DNA from: Octopus bimaculoides
Taxonomy: Eukaryota
Length of the DNA stretch: 64,000 bases
NCBI RefSeq assembly: GCF_001194135.2
Contig: NC_068984.1
Coordinates: 36,862,986 to 36,926,985 of the forward strand
Reading direction: 5' to 3'
The notes below the pieces were generated by a model. It worked only from the letters and a program-made list of their open reading frames with translations, was not told where the DNA came from and made no database searches. Shown in pieces: positions 12,660 to 26,330 of this stretch. A program made the position numbers and the translations under genes. How positions within the stretch are numbered: position 1 is the stretch's first letter; each line of letters starts with the position of its first letter.

Positions 12660-13500
12660 TTCTGTTGGTGCCTGGTGGCTTCGAGAATAGTCATTCTATA
12701 CTCAATATTCAACAAAACGGCTGCCACCAGCCGCACCACATCCATTGCTAGTCGGATCTCCCTGATTCGTGAGGTTCGCTTTCCGAGTTAATTCGGCAGT
12801 AATTCCAGTTCTGCCGACTTTAGGGATGTTGTTGAGTGTTTTTTTTTTGGGTTTTTTTTTTTGCTTCTTCCTCAGAAGCGAAACTCATCGTGACTGTGCT
12901 ATGCATTTGATTTCTTGCCAGACATTGGACCCCTACAAAAATCTTTTACTAGACATCTATATTCTAAACTCAAGGGGAGTACCTCACAAGCCATTACGAA
13001 AGAGGAGGGTTTACCATCACCCCTCCTCACCGAATAAATATCGTAAGTAAATTCATTCATAATACTATAGCTTCTATGAAAGCCATTTCAGTTTCTTTTC
13101 TTTTTTTTTTGTCTTCAAGGTTTGTGTTTTGAAAATAATTGTTTTCTTTTGGGTGGGTAGTATTAACTCCTCCGGGAGGGGTTAATTTGATGTTATAGTG
13201 CCTTCTTTTGTCAAGAGATTTTTGCATTTTTCTATTTCGTTCAAGATTACTGTTCTTTTTTCAGTGTTGACACTAGCAACAGAAGCGTAGTTGATTTTGT
13301 CGTTGCCTGGTGTTATGGTTGGTGGGTTTCCAATGTTCATTACTTTTGGGTTTTGCTTCTCCCTCCTTTCGTGGTTTGGATAGGTGGGGAGCATGTTGTA
13401 CAAATTTTTTAAAACGTCTTTTTGGCGTTCCTTTTGGTGAGCGTTTTCGTTGTTTTAGGTATCCATTGTTGTTTTATGTAAAAATAGTATTACACAAAAA
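12660..13500 (-). mobile_element. Probable L1/Tx1-type LINE 5' end (ORF1 fragment), decayed
   Basis: Disrupted frames INYASVASVNTEKRTV..., TVTMSFASEEEAKK and LGKRTSRIREIRLAMDVVRLVAAVLLNIEYRMTILEATRHQQN resemble ORF1 RRM-region sequence. No ORF2 follows. Clade assignment is from recall. Confidence 0.5.
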
Positions 13501-13706
13501 AGAAGAAATAAAATAATTCGCCCTAACTAGGGGGAATTTGCAGAAGAAACAAACCTGCTCACAAGCAAATAATGTTTCGAAAAGACGCAGAAAACAAGGT
13601 GTTAACAATCACTAGTAATAAAAAAGTAAATTAAATCGCAGCAGCAAAAATACGTCCGTTCAGTAAAAGGCACTCAAAGAGAATGATATTCTCCCCAGAC
13701 ACAATA

Positions 13707-13738
<32 letters not shown>

Positions 13739-13755
13739 GTGTGTGTGTCTGTGTG

Positions 13756-13808
<53 letters not shown>

Positions 13809-13809
13809 T

Positions 13810-14420
13810 TATGGGTGTGTGTGCTTTTGTGTCTGTGTTTGTCTCTCCACCGCCGCCGCTTGACAACCGATTTTGCTATGTTTACGTCCCCGTAATCTAG
13901 CAGTTCAGCAAAAGACATCAATAGAATATGTACTAGGCTTAAAAAGAATAAGTCCTGGAGTTGATTTCTTCGGCTAAAACAATTTAAAGCAGTGCTCCAG
14001 CATGGCCCCTGTCAAATGATTGAAACAAGTAAAAGAATACAAGAATGAAAGAATATGCAAGATGTGGATTTGGTAGACGGAAACTTAAAGAAACCCAATA
14101 TATATATATGTGTGTTTGCGTGTATGTATGTGCGCGTATGTGTGTGTATGTGTATATATGTGTGTATGCGTGTACATACCTGTGTGTCTGTATGTGCATG
14201 TTTTTGTTTCTCTGTTCATCCTGCACCATCGCTTGACACCAGGCGTTGGTGTGTTCATGACCCCGTAAATTAGCAGTTCAGCGAAAAAGCCCGATAGAAT
14301 AAATACCAGTCTTAAAAAAGAAATTATTGGGGTCGATTCATTCGATTAAAATCCTTCAAGGTGTAGCCCCATATTGGCTGCAGTCTAATGTCTGAAGTAA
14401 GTAAAAGATAAAAGATAAAT
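13810..14420 (+). mobile_element. Two tandem Octopus-type SINE copies
   Basis: Two successive 'cgcttgacaacc...tccccgtaa...agcagttc...aaaaagaa...gtcgatt...cagtc.aatga.tgaa..aagtaaaaga' modules. Confidence 0.85.
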
Positions 14421-14573
14421 GTTGTTTTTTTAATCCAATATTTATACGCTTTTATGTATAGCTTTATATATTTCGGGTAAAAACGTTAAAAAACAATTGT
14501 TTCACGTTCTCTCAAATTTTCTAAATTCTTATGACAAAAACAATACATGTGTGTATGCATGTATGTATGAATG

Positions 14574-14607
<34 letters not shown>

Positions 14608-17600
14608 TGTATGCGTGTGTGTGGGCGCGCGAGTGCGTGTATAGTATATCATATACAAAATATATTATATTACAATATATTGTATATTATATTCAGATTC
14701 ATATTTTATTCATACATTCAAAAGGCCTTACCAAATATTTCTGACTCATTTATTTATCTATAGAGTAAGTGGAGCCACGTTTTCGTTATCATCATCTAGT
14801 TTGCTCATACAAATTCATATCGGTTATTGTCTACATAAGGGCTTTTATTGCAAAAGAATTACCGTTCTTTACTTTACCTTTGACGCTACATTTTGATTGT
14901 ATTTCTTCTCCATCCTTATATGTTTCTGCTGTTATTGTCATTATCATTTATAGTTTTAAAAAATTTCATTAAGGCGCTCTTTTGTGTATATACAGATACA
15001 AATATGTCCTAGTATTGCTATTTACTAGACCGTGCCTCTGCCTCACCTTACATTTAATATGTTGATATTTTTTGAGAAGTTGCTGGGTATCAATACTTGT
15101 AAAAGGCACTGACAGACACATTCATTAATTGCAGTATTGTTCTTAGTTGAATAGCAACGTCGTTGTAAATCTGCAGCTTTTCAGCTCGACTCTCCATAAC
15201 ATGATAGTCATTTTATATTGCTGTTTCCATTATTATTACACTATTGTCATGTTTGTCATGGAAAAATTAGTACACTATTGTCATATTTGTTGTGAAAAAT
15301 ATTATTTCAGTAGTCTTTAGAGTAGTGCGTGATTTCACTTCATATCTGAGCGTGGTCTGGGTATCTAGGGCATATGCAGTTTTGTTTTTATATTTTTATT
15401 TGTTCTGTGTTTCATTTGTATCAAAAGTATTCTACGTAATTTGTGTGTACAACTCATTATTGGTTGAATAATAAAAAGTATCGGATAGAATGACTTGTGA
15501 TATTTAGTAATAGTTTTTTTTATGTTCTGAGTTCAAATTCTCCATGGGTCAACTTATATGCCCTCTCCTTAAATATTTGTATCCTTGTACAAATGTTTAT
15601 AAAGCAATAGCCATGCATTGCACACTACATTTGCATTGGGTAAATGTAGTTTTACTGTGTATTTGTGCCTATTGTTTAATCCACAAGGCACATACTGTTA
15701 TTGAGATGGTTTATTTCCAGACTTCACTGCCTGGCTCTCTCTATTTCAAGATTTATATATTCGGACAAAAACCTTGTCGTGGTTTGAATTGATGTGTCGG
15801 TTAGGAAGATCAATTTTTCTTCTTGTCCAATGAGAAAGTAATAAGATTATTGTAATTATTTTGGTTTAGATCAGGTTCGGTCTTATTCCTAACCAATCGA
15901 AATAATCATACTAATTATATAAACGATTTCTAATGCAGGCATAAGGTCAGAAATTATGTAGACAAGGCAATATTGTTTGAGTGTTATAATACATGATCGG
16001 TATTTATTCCACAAGTTGGGGATAAAGAATAAATGAAAGGAAAAATTGTTCTTGTGTTGAATTTTAACTCAGAATGTCAATTCTACCAAATTTCCTTAAC
16101 AGCTCCAAGCAGATTCGGGAATCTAAGAGACAGGATGTTAGCTTTTAATAGACTTACTTGTCTGTAAGACTATGATATCGCCTCCCTATGTTATAAATTC
16201 TAATAAAAGGGATCCTATTAATGAGAACTTACCAAGAGTTCTATTGCAATATTTGCAGTATTTAATAACACGTATCTATGTTTCATTTTAAGATTCTCAG
16301 AATCATTTGTATCTCTTTAGAGTGGACAAAAGAACTTCTGGTACTAGAGTCGATAGATTTTGGTGTCATATAAATTTTCAGTATTGTTCATAACCAAAAA
16401 TTTACGGTTCAAATATCTCAAATATTTACATAAAAAATTCCAACATCTAAAATCAACGCGATTATTGTAAATTTACCGGCATATTTCTATGTCTACGTGT
16501 GTGCCTAGCTTAAAAGATTGATAGACACACATAGAAATATACAATACATATACGTATTTTGTAACATGATTATATATAATTATTTGTACATACATGTATA
16601 CGCAGACACACACACACGCGCGCATAAATATAGACAAGTAATTATTTGCATATCTCCATATGTCTGGGTATGATAACGTATTCATGACATAGATTCATAC
16701 GTGTGTCTAAGTGTGCGATAATGTATGTACGCATAACAAAATAGCTAAAGCGTTTTGTAAACGTTTGTTTCACAAGTTACCATATTAGGTTCCTTTTATT
16801 AATAATATTGTCATTATTTTGAAATATTTTTCCGATTTAAAATGTAAAGTGTTTGATTGGTCTCTTAAATTATTACGTCGTTAACTGACAAAAACAAGAT
16901 TCAACATATTAAATGTTTGCCAAAGAGCGAAAGGGATTTGATGGATAGTTAAGCAAATGCAAACCCATTAGAAAGACCTGTATTTTTAACAAATTAAACC
17001 TCGCAATGGTGCCAATCCCAAAGCTCTCATTTGATGTCTGCTTACAATTGCTGGTTTGTTTGCTTTCTGTTTGTTTTTTTTATTAAACTATTGGTATTGA
17101 ACTATATTAAAGTGCATTTTAATTGGAGATTATGTTTGCAGTATCGGAGTCGATTTTAATAACTGGACAAAATAGTCAACAGAAAAGATTTCATTTTCTT
17201 CCATTTAATACACAAAAATCTAAATATTTTTTTTTTAAATACTTCTTTATTGTTGGACATTGTAAATATTTATAACTGGCAAATTTATTATATTTTTACG
17301 TGAAATCGGATTTGATTTTATGTTTAACTATGAAATTGCTCTAAAGAAAATTAAAAGGGCATAGATGGTTTAACAGCAACTCTGCATAAATAGTGTCAAC
17401 TATAATTGATGGCTAAAATTTAGATATTTTCAGTTGGTTGGCAGGGTCTACATATATTCGGAAACGACTTAAGTGTCTTTATTTAAATTTTTAAAGTTTC
17501 CTTATTACGCGATGAAACTATTTCACCAGAATTCTCTTTAGTTACATCTCATTGTAAGGTTTGTATATACAGCAGTTTGTTCAGTCAATTCGAGTCTTCC

Positions 17601-17799
17601 TCAGATATCTTATTTCAGATTTCGCATGGCGTTGGAACTTATTAAATGTATTAAATGAATATGGTTCTTCTCCATTTGTAGGAAGACTAATAACATTTGT
17701 TCTCTCAAAATTTGATTTCAAAGCGATTAATGCAATTTGCCATCAGGCGTGAATATTTTAAGAAAATAGTACGAATAAACTCCATATTCAGTCACATAT

Positions 17800-18060
17800 A
17801 ACAGTACCTAAACCATTGCAAGGAGACTGGTAAATTTGAGAAATATCAAGACCTAAACAGAACATTAAAAGATGGTCGAATAAAATGGGTCGAAGATGTC
17901 CCTGTAGTAATTAATGTATTCGCCCAACGCCCAAACTGTTACATAAAGAGGCCGAAGCATATTAGAATTGAGATATGTATTATCTATTTGCGGAAAAGTG
18001 CCAGCCTGTATTCTGCAAGAAGGTTTAGCAAAACTCTTGGGAATACAGGAAACTCGTTTA
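17800..18060 (+). mobile_element. Decayed 3' end of an R4/Dong-like RLE retrotransposon
   Basis: KFEKYQDL...DVPVVI...LRKSASLYSARRFSKTL matches the pattern of the RLE C-terminal tail seen at 58158-58349. Confidence 0.55.
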
Positions 18061-18689
18061 CTCTAAAATTCTGGACGATATTTCTGCTCACATAATTGCA
18101 GTGTATTAGCATTTGAAACATTTGCTATTTGCTCTCCTACAACATGCTTCTCTGTGCCAATGACGTTATTGAAAATTTCTGATTGTGGATTTTCGGAAAA
18201 GTTATTAAAGTTACAGTACTGCGTGCGAAATTCCTGAAATAATAATCATAGTAATAATTTACAACTTAGGTATAAAGCCACACTTTTGCAAATGAGGTGT
18301 GAGTAGCTGATTATAACGCATCTGAAAAGACAAAAAGTAACGTTTGCCTCCAGGACGCTGAAGTGAAGATGTTAAGAGTTGAAAGAGTACTTCGACTCAT
18401 TTTGTACAACTTTTTAGCGATTTTGCTAATTCAGCGTTCTAATATGATTCAAAATAAAATACTGGCCAAAAACGAAAAAAAAACAATCCCAAATCCAAAA
18501 CTTGCACATATAAAAAGAAATGGAGGATAACACTCCAATTCACTACACGTATATTACGTAGTGTAATTTCAATTAAATAGAAAACACAAAACGAAACAGT
18601 AATCTTAACTAAGGTGCTGAGATTTTTACCTAATGTGCAGACAACGCAAATAACAGAAAGCCGACTCCTGAAATTATCTTTTATATTTT

Positions 18690-18995
18690 ATTTGTTTCAG
18701 TCATAAGACAGCGGCCTTGCTGGGGCACTAAAATTGGCAAGGGGACAGGTCCATTCTAAGAACTTACTTGTAAAGGCTTTGAACTGGCATAATCGTTAGC
18801 ACACCAGACAAAATGATTAGCAGCATTTCGTCCGTCTTTACATTCTGAGTTCAAATTCCACCGTGGTCGACTTTGCGTTTTATCCTTTCGGAGACGATGA
18901 CATAATTGCCAGCTCAGCGCTGGGATCGATGTAGTGGACTCAGCCGCCCAACTCCTGAAATTTCTTTCCTTGTACGGAAATTTGAAACCAATATT
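18690..18995. mobile_element. SINE fragments (short minus piece plus a plus-strand 'ctggcataatcgttagcac...ttctgagttcaaattccaccgtggtcgactttg' copy)
   Basis: Similarity to the other SINE copies in this window. Confidence 0.75.
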
Positions 18996-20946
18996 TGACT
19001 GGTACGATACAGTTCTCCTTGCGATTTGAATTCAGTACGTAAAGATTCGCAGAAAATGTCTGATTTAAGCGGTTCTACAACTTTTAATAATTATTCCTAA
19101 CATTGGCACAATAGCTGAAATTTAAGAGAAGGTTTTAGTCTATTAAATCAACTCCGGTACTCAACTGCTAATTTTTTTATCTACTTCAGAGTGATGAAAG
19201 GCCAAAGTCAACCTTAGCAGGATGTAAATTCACAATGTGAAGAGCCGTGACTGACTACTGTCTGATTGAAATTAAATGAATCCATTATTCAAAAACAATT
19301 TATTCTATATAACATATATTGTCTCTTTATTGATTTAGTAAATAACAAATTCAAAGTAAAATCTTAACTGCGTTGGAAAAAGTGTTTAGCAGGAAATAAA
19401 TACCTGTTGAATACTGAAGTTGATCTAATCAACTTATCTCCTTCCGCGAAATTTCTGACCTTGAGGCAAAATTTGCAACGAGTATATTATAACAAATATG
19501 TACAAGAATTTTTATAAGTAAATGATATTTAATTATATACATGCGATTAATGAATATCACAACGCTCACTAATAAATCGTCTTAATAAAATGATCAATTA
19601 TAAAATAGTTTTTGAATACATTTGGAGATGATAACCTAAAAAAATTTCTTTCCACTAAGACTACATTGAGAATAAAGGAACAAATTTATTTTTTCTTTTA
19701 ATAACCTTCTCTTCCACATATTTTATATATGTGTGTTCGTGTGCATGTGTATGCACGTATGTATGTATGTATGTATGTATATACCTAGACGCGCATATTT
19801 TTGGAAGTGTATGCCTGTTCGTGTGCATAATATTAACAACTGTTAGAATGCTATTGTTATTGGCGACAGACTGTTTCGTGCGATTATGCAATAATTACAA
19901 CATATATTCATTTGGTGATTTTGCAACTAAAAAAGAAATAGTCTTTATTTATTCCATAAAGACGCATTGTTTCTTTCCAGAATGGTACAATGAGTGTCTT
20001 AAGTAATTATTACAATGTCACACGAAAAACTCTGTCACCAATAGCAATTACATTTCAAGACTCGACTCTATTAGTGAATTAACCTCCACAAGTTTTGAAA
20101 GCTTCCATTTCTTAAACATGCCACTGTCCGACATATCATATACATATATGTTTATGTATGTATATACATGCGTATTACTATATTTATCAATGTGTGTGCA
20201 TACATGCACACAAATGCTAATAAGACTATACATATGTGTGTGAGTACATATAGTTATACATACATGTATACATGAATATATATATAAAACGTATATTTAT
20301 ATGAGTGTGTGTATATTGTTTATTTTAAAGCGCTTCTTACTTTAGTATTGTATCACTCCATCAGCAAAAGTTCTTTTGTTCCTGTTAAATTTTTCTGAAA
20401 TATTAATGTAGCAAAGTGATTATATAAGTACACACATACATATATAAGTATGCCAGGGGATGACAATTTCAAAAGAAGCTATGTCCGGCGCCATAGATTA
20501 AAGAACTCAAACATGAGTTTGAGAGTGAATAAAATATTTTAACTATAATCACGAACAATTATAGATTAAGTATTTTATACATGTACACACAACCCGTAAA
20601 CACGGGCTCACATACACTCATAAGCACCGAGGCAAACACATACATACACTCACAGAGCCACTCAGGTGCTCATACACACATCACCTAGCCTCTTAACTCG
20701 ACGTTCCTCTTTAAATTCTTCAATTGCTATACCATTCTGCTACTAACTTGCTAGATTGACCCTTTCACACTAACCACTGATTCACCCACAAATATACATG
20801 CCAACAACAGTTGTTTCGGCAGCATTTAATTGATGCATTCTTAAATTACATCACAGACAAATTCCGCCATTGTCCTGTAATCTTTAAACATATAAGCAGA
20901 TAAAGCAGCAACAGATGACTGAATCCTATTTAAATATCTTTATATA

Positions 20947-22192
20947 TTAGGTCATCAAATATGAAACTTGTAGCTGCTCATTTTGTGCCATTATTATATT
21001 TTGAAAATCTTTTTTTTTTTTTAGGAAGCTGACACATGTATGTCTTTATTCTAACTCATTTTGCGCTTAATAAATCGCTATTTATAGATCGCTTTTGCTA
21101 TTTTTGTTTAGAGATGGATTAGTCGGAAATTTGCAGAGTTTTGAAATATGAGTTCTTCTTGGAAATACAGCATCACAGACAGCTCAGAATATTAATGGAG
21201 TATTTCATTCTAAAGTTCTTACACAACAGACAGTATCAAAGTGGTTTGCAAAATTTCGTTCTGGTAACTTTGACCTATCAAATGAGCAACGCGGTCGACC
21301 AGAGACAAAAGTGGATAATGACGAACTGAAAGCCACCGTCGAGTGAGATCACTTTCAAAGTTCTGTGAATTAACGTTGTTGTTTGGTGTTAGCAAGCAAA
21401 CAATATTGACTCGCCTATTTGAAATCAGTAAAGTGAATAAGTTGGATAAGTGGGTTCCACATGCACTCAGTGAAAATCAGAAACAGCAACGTTTGGAAGC
21501 CTACATTATGCTACTTTTTCGTCACAAAAATGAATCATTTTAAAATCGAATTCTAACATGTTATTTGAAATGTATCCAATACAACAAACGTAAACGTTCA
21601 GCACAATAGCTAAACAAAGACGAGCCACCAAAGCACAGTCCAAAAATGCAAAATTCATCACAAGAAGCTGATGGTGGGTGCTTGGAGGTCTGGCGTAAGT
21701 GTGATCCATTATGATTTCATTAAACCTGGCTCATCAATCTCGGCTGAAGTATAATTCAGCCAATTGGACCAAATGATACAGAAGCTTACAATAAAACAGC
21801 CTAGATGAGTCAACAGATCCACTCCTATTTTATTGGAAGACAACGCCAGATCGCATATCGCAAAAATGACGTTGGCGAAACTACAGGAGTTGGAGGTGGA
21901 AGTTCTCCATCATCCACCATACACACCTGATCTTACCCCCGCTGCCTACCACTTCTTCCAGAATTGGGATAACTTTTTGATAGGAAAAATTTTAATTCCG
22001 ACGATGCTGTAAAACAGGCCTTCCAAGATTTTATTGACTCTAGATTGCCAGGCTTTTACAGTTCCGGGCTGGACAAGCTAATACAGAAATGGCAAAAGTG
22101 TATTGACAATAGAGGTGCAAACTATCTTTTTATTTATAAGACATTAGCAAACATTTTATCCTTTTCTATAAACTTCATACTTGTTGACCTAA
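20947..22192 (+). mobile_element. Full-length mariner transposon with a pseudogenised transposase (ATG at 21114, ending near 22130)
   Basis: TIRs ttaggtcatcaaatatgaaact / aaacttcatacttgttgacctaa with TA on both sides, 1246 bp. Motifs WVPHAL, LEDNAR and HPPYTPDLTPAAYHFF. Several stops and frameshifts. Confidence 0.95.
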
Positions 22193-22204
22193 TACGTATA
22201 TATA

Positions 22205-22450
22205 CAGGGTGGTGCAAAAGTAGTTATACAGTTATGAAAAAAGAAAAGACGTACATTACTCATTTATTTTTATCAAAAAAAGTGAAAGTTGTGATAAAAG
22301 TATTATTATACTTATGATAAATGTATTATTATGTTTAATGACACTGAAAATATCAAAAATGAGGTTAATTTATTGTGCTAATAATTTTAATGAATTAAGT
22401 ATTATAACATTAATGTGATACTTATAGTATATCTACTTTTGCACACCCTG
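22205..22450. mobile_element. Tc1/mariner-type MITE, 246 bp
   Basis: TIRs cagggtggtgcaaaagtag / ctacttttgcacaccctg, TA at both ends, AT-rich non-coding interior. Confidence 0.85.
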
Positions 22451-22619
22451 TACATGTGTGTGTCTCTCTGTCTGTGTTTGTATATATATATATAATATAC
22501 ATGTATGTATGCACGCGCGCGCGCGTGTGTGTGTACGCAATGTTTTACTTGTGCCATTCTCATACCATTGCCGCTTCTCAAATACAGTATTAATACATAT
22601 GCATATATATGCACCACTT

Positions 22620-22900
22620 ATCATGTCACTAGATATGATATCAAAGTACTGATACTTCGCGTACACCCCGAACATGCTTCAATGATGCATACCATTCAGA
22701 ATCCATAGCAATTAGGACTGTCATTTCCCTGCATATTTCTAATATTGATCGCGGATGGAAGCACATCGTACACCGCTTTCAGGCAGGTGTCATCTGCGGT
22801 TGCTTTATTTTTCACTGCATACTCTACGATAACCTTCTTTCTTCATCTGTCTTCTACGCTGTCCACATATTCTTGAATACTTCTTGTATTATTAAACCCC
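22620..22900 (-). mobile_element. HERO/NeSL/R2-like RLE retrotransposon fragment (pre-CCHC region)
   Basis: CLKAVYDVLPSAINIRNMQGNDSPNCYG, then ASLKHV in a shifted frame. Resembles the 'AVYDVLPSP.NL...C..C...L.H' motif. Confidence 0.55.
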
Positions 22901-23615
22901 TTTTTGTGGTTCAGCTTTATTTCATTGAATAAATATTTGTTGGTTAGCAGGCGGGGAGTGATTTCACACTATAAATTCAAGCATAGCTATTTTATGACAA
23001 TTTGTATTTATTATCGATGCTTGCTCTCCTAAAAAAAACGTATACATTGAAGGTATGCCATGATTGGAAACAACATTATAAAGAATAGCACAAACTAGAG
23101 TAGAGACACCTCTTGCATATGATGATAGCTCTATGACATTCAGGGACTTCGAGAAAATATTTAGTTGCGCATAGCGTATATTATGCTAAATTCTACAAAG
23201 TTATGATAAAAAGTGTTATATCACTAACTTACACAACAACTATTTAGTTTAGTCAAATATCGTAATTACCTCTACACACATTGCACTATTGTTAATATAA
23301 GATTTTACCTTTCATATTATTTTATATTCATTTACCAACTGTTCAAATCACCAACACGTAATCCAACGATAATCTCTTGTTCATAGCTTCCGCGGTTGTA
23401 TAATATATGGCTGTGCATACGACACTCTCATTTCTTTATTCGGCCACTAAGGGCCCAACACAGTGGAAACAATACAAGGACAAAGAAAGCAGGCAGCGGA
23501 AGATAAAAACGAATGAAATAATGAAAAGATAATATATGAATGTGGAGATGGAATGGCTACACGAGCCACGTACTCGAGTAGTTACATTTAATACATTTGT
23601 TTTATCTTTACTAGG

Positions 23616-23890
23616 TCATCGAGAACAATTGACAGACGGGGGTGAGATGTTCAGAAATGGGTTTTCGTGTTCTTTATCTATGTATTTTGCGGGCGTTTTG
23701 TACTTTTTACTGGTATCTTTTGCTGGGGCTCTTCTCGCATACATCCTCCTTCTTTTGAGCTTCACATTGTAGACACACTCGTCACTACCTTCTTCTTCTG
23801 GTTCCTGCGTTTTCTCTGTTATTTCTACAGCAACGCTCTGGGGCTCCGCCGTAGTCTTCTCGGTCTGGGCGGCTTGTACACGGGGCAATG
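23616..23890 (-). mobile_element. Coding-like fragment, possibly the post-zinc-knuckle tail of a LINE ORF1
   Basis: Open frame PLPRVQAAQTEKTTAEPQSVAVEITEKTQEPEEEGSDECVYNVKLKRRR...CSR*; an overlapping frame starts HCP. The 5' side is cut by a (CA)n tract and a gap. Confidence 0.35.
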
Positions 23891-23934
23891 GGTGTGTATG
23901 TTTGTGTGTGNNNNNNNNNNAAAGAATGAGACTA

Positions 23935-23971
<37 letters not shown>

Positions 23972-24099
23972 ATATATACATATATTTTTCCATTCTTTCT
24001 TCATCATAGGTTTCATTGCCGGATACTGAAGCAACTTCTGTTAAAGTAGACTTAAACTGGAGTTTTATGTATTTTGTTTAAATCTTTTCAAAAAAGAAA

Positions 24100-24790
24100 T
24101 TAATAATAGACCGCGAAATATCAGCCTAGACAAGAGTATCTGTTTCTCTTGAAATGAAAATTAAAATGGGCAGTTAGCTTCAACGTTGAAAGTGTTTGAT
24201 CTAAATTGTGAAACAGATTAATATAAACACAGCAACTGTCAGAAAAATAAGATGAATCGAAGTAAAAAATCTGAGCTTGTATAATCAAAAGATGTTCAAT
24301 AAATTCAATTCACACTTCTTACATATATAGTAACTCTATGAAAACAATGGAAATATTTTATTACTTTGGATAGAAATTAATCCGCAAAACATCGCCAATG
24401 GACAGCTTTGCAGCAATAAGTCTTAGTCTAATCAGAGTTACAAATCAAACATCGAATCAATTACAAACTGGATTAAAAAAGGTAGAGGATGACTTGAAAA
24501 CAGTTTTTATCAAATCATTCTATTTCATATCAAATTGTATTGTAATAGCAAGTATGTTGTGAGAAATCTTCATAAGAATTTACACAAAAATTTTAGCTAA
24601 AATAATTGAAAACAATTCCTACCCTTTAAAGAAAATATTCAATGATACCAGGCTAATTTGGAAGAAAATGCCAAAGAGAACGTTTATATCAGAAGAGAAA
24701 AACAGCGTATGCAAAGCATCAAAAGATCTAATAATATTACTGTTACGCTGTAAGGCATTAGGTGACTTCTTTAGTAAGTTACTGATAATT
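24100..24790 (+). mobile_element. pogo/Tigger transposase relic
   Basis: IIENNSYPLKKIFNDTRLIWKKMPKRTFISEEKNSVCKASKDLIILLLRCKALGDF corresponds to the Tigger 'VFN.DETGLFWKKMP.RTFIS.EEK...GFKA.KDR.TLLL..NA.GD' motif. Confidence 0.8.
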
Positions 24791-25399
24791 ATTAGAACTT
24801 TTAATACACGTACAATGAGAGAATTGAATTAAAATATTTTATTAGTTCCTTGCTGCGTAAATAAAAGGAAACAAACATAGATAAAACATGCATTCTTCGA
24901 AAACTGGACGTATTAAAACTTTGTTCCTTAAGCTGAATTTTGGAAGACAGAACATGATATTGAATTGTAATTTGAAATTTATAACATATTATGTAAAAGA
25001 TACATGAAAAATATATAGTACGATACAGAAGACCGATTTACTGTTTTGGAGGTTGAGACACAAATAAAAAATATCCGCATTGTATGAAATGTACTGAAAT
25101 CGTCTTACATACATGTAGGTTGGTTATTTCGACCGCTTTAGTTCTAAAAGGAATCGATTTCGAAAAAGAGGAAACTATATACAACAATTATAATTATTTT
25201 TGCCACTTGATTAGGAGGTAATAAACTGGATTATATAATGTTGAATTGAGAAAGCATTGTATTCTAATTCCGTATGCCGACTCAAGAACTAGCATAGCGG
25301 ATATTTTAAGCCTTTAAAATGTATGAATCTATAGTATACATCACTTTTGAAACGGGAGATAATTTCGAGATTGATTTAACGTGGAGTATTTATTGTTAG

Positions 25400-26330
25400 T
25401 GCTTGTCTCAAATGAACTCGCCTGCTCTTAAGTGATCTATATCTCTACTTAAAACTTGAATCTGACTGGTTGTGGATCATTCTTATCACAACATTGGAAG
25501 TTAACTATGATGAGAGACAACTGTTTGGTAGAGCTGCAAGTTCGTCTTAGATGCTTTACTGTCTGCAAAAGGCTGTTGCTGCTAGATGATGATCATTGCC
25601 TAAATGTTCATATCGATCTTTTATAATATCTGATAGTTGATCAATATCACCTGATTACTTTTTTGTATGGGGCTGCTCTACCGATATATCATGGAATATG
25701 CCTACCATCGTCATTAGTACAAAGAGAGTTTTCAACGGTTCAATACAATATAGTATAGTGATTGTAAGACTTCCAACATTATTCCCGAAATTTGCAAAAT
25801 ATTGTCTCGCTCGCCGCTGACACGATTTCTAGTTTTCATAATTCCCTACACATAATTAGCTTTTGATTAGTAGTAGGTACATCTGAATTATTTCAAATAT
25901 ACGGACACAATCATATTCACACTGCTATACATATTGTTTGATCTTGAATCCATTTTCCTTTGCTTCCTTAATACTATTTCTAATTACAATATTCCATTGA
26001 GCGAAATTCTTATATACTTTAGTATCGCTTCCTTTGGTCTATAATTTTCTCGTTTCATCAGAGAAGTCTAAGATCTCTGTCGTTATCCAACTTTTTATTT
26101 CATTCAGTTTGTTTACCGAGAATTTCAACGGTCGCTTCTGTTACTGCCGCCTTGAATATGGTAATCATTGTCTCGTTGTTGTGTCATTAATGTCTATGTA
26201 GATTATAGGAAGCTAGCTTTTGCACTGATTTTTGAAACCTACCTCAAGTCACAGTATGAAGCTCGATGAAAATATTTGTTTTTTTTATTTTTACAAGGCC
26301 ATGTTGAGTAGTCATCAGTAGAAAAGCCTA
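25400..26330 (-). mobile_element. Heavily decayed RTE-clade LINE fragment (between endonuclease and RT)
   Basis: Relics FKAAVTEATVEILGK, KSWITTEILDFSDE and RNSIKEAKEN resemble RTE ORF sequence. Confidence 0.55.

Noticed and set aside
23397-23595. Solo LTR
   Set aside because: TG...CA ends are present but the flanks (gcggt / tttgt) give no TSD.
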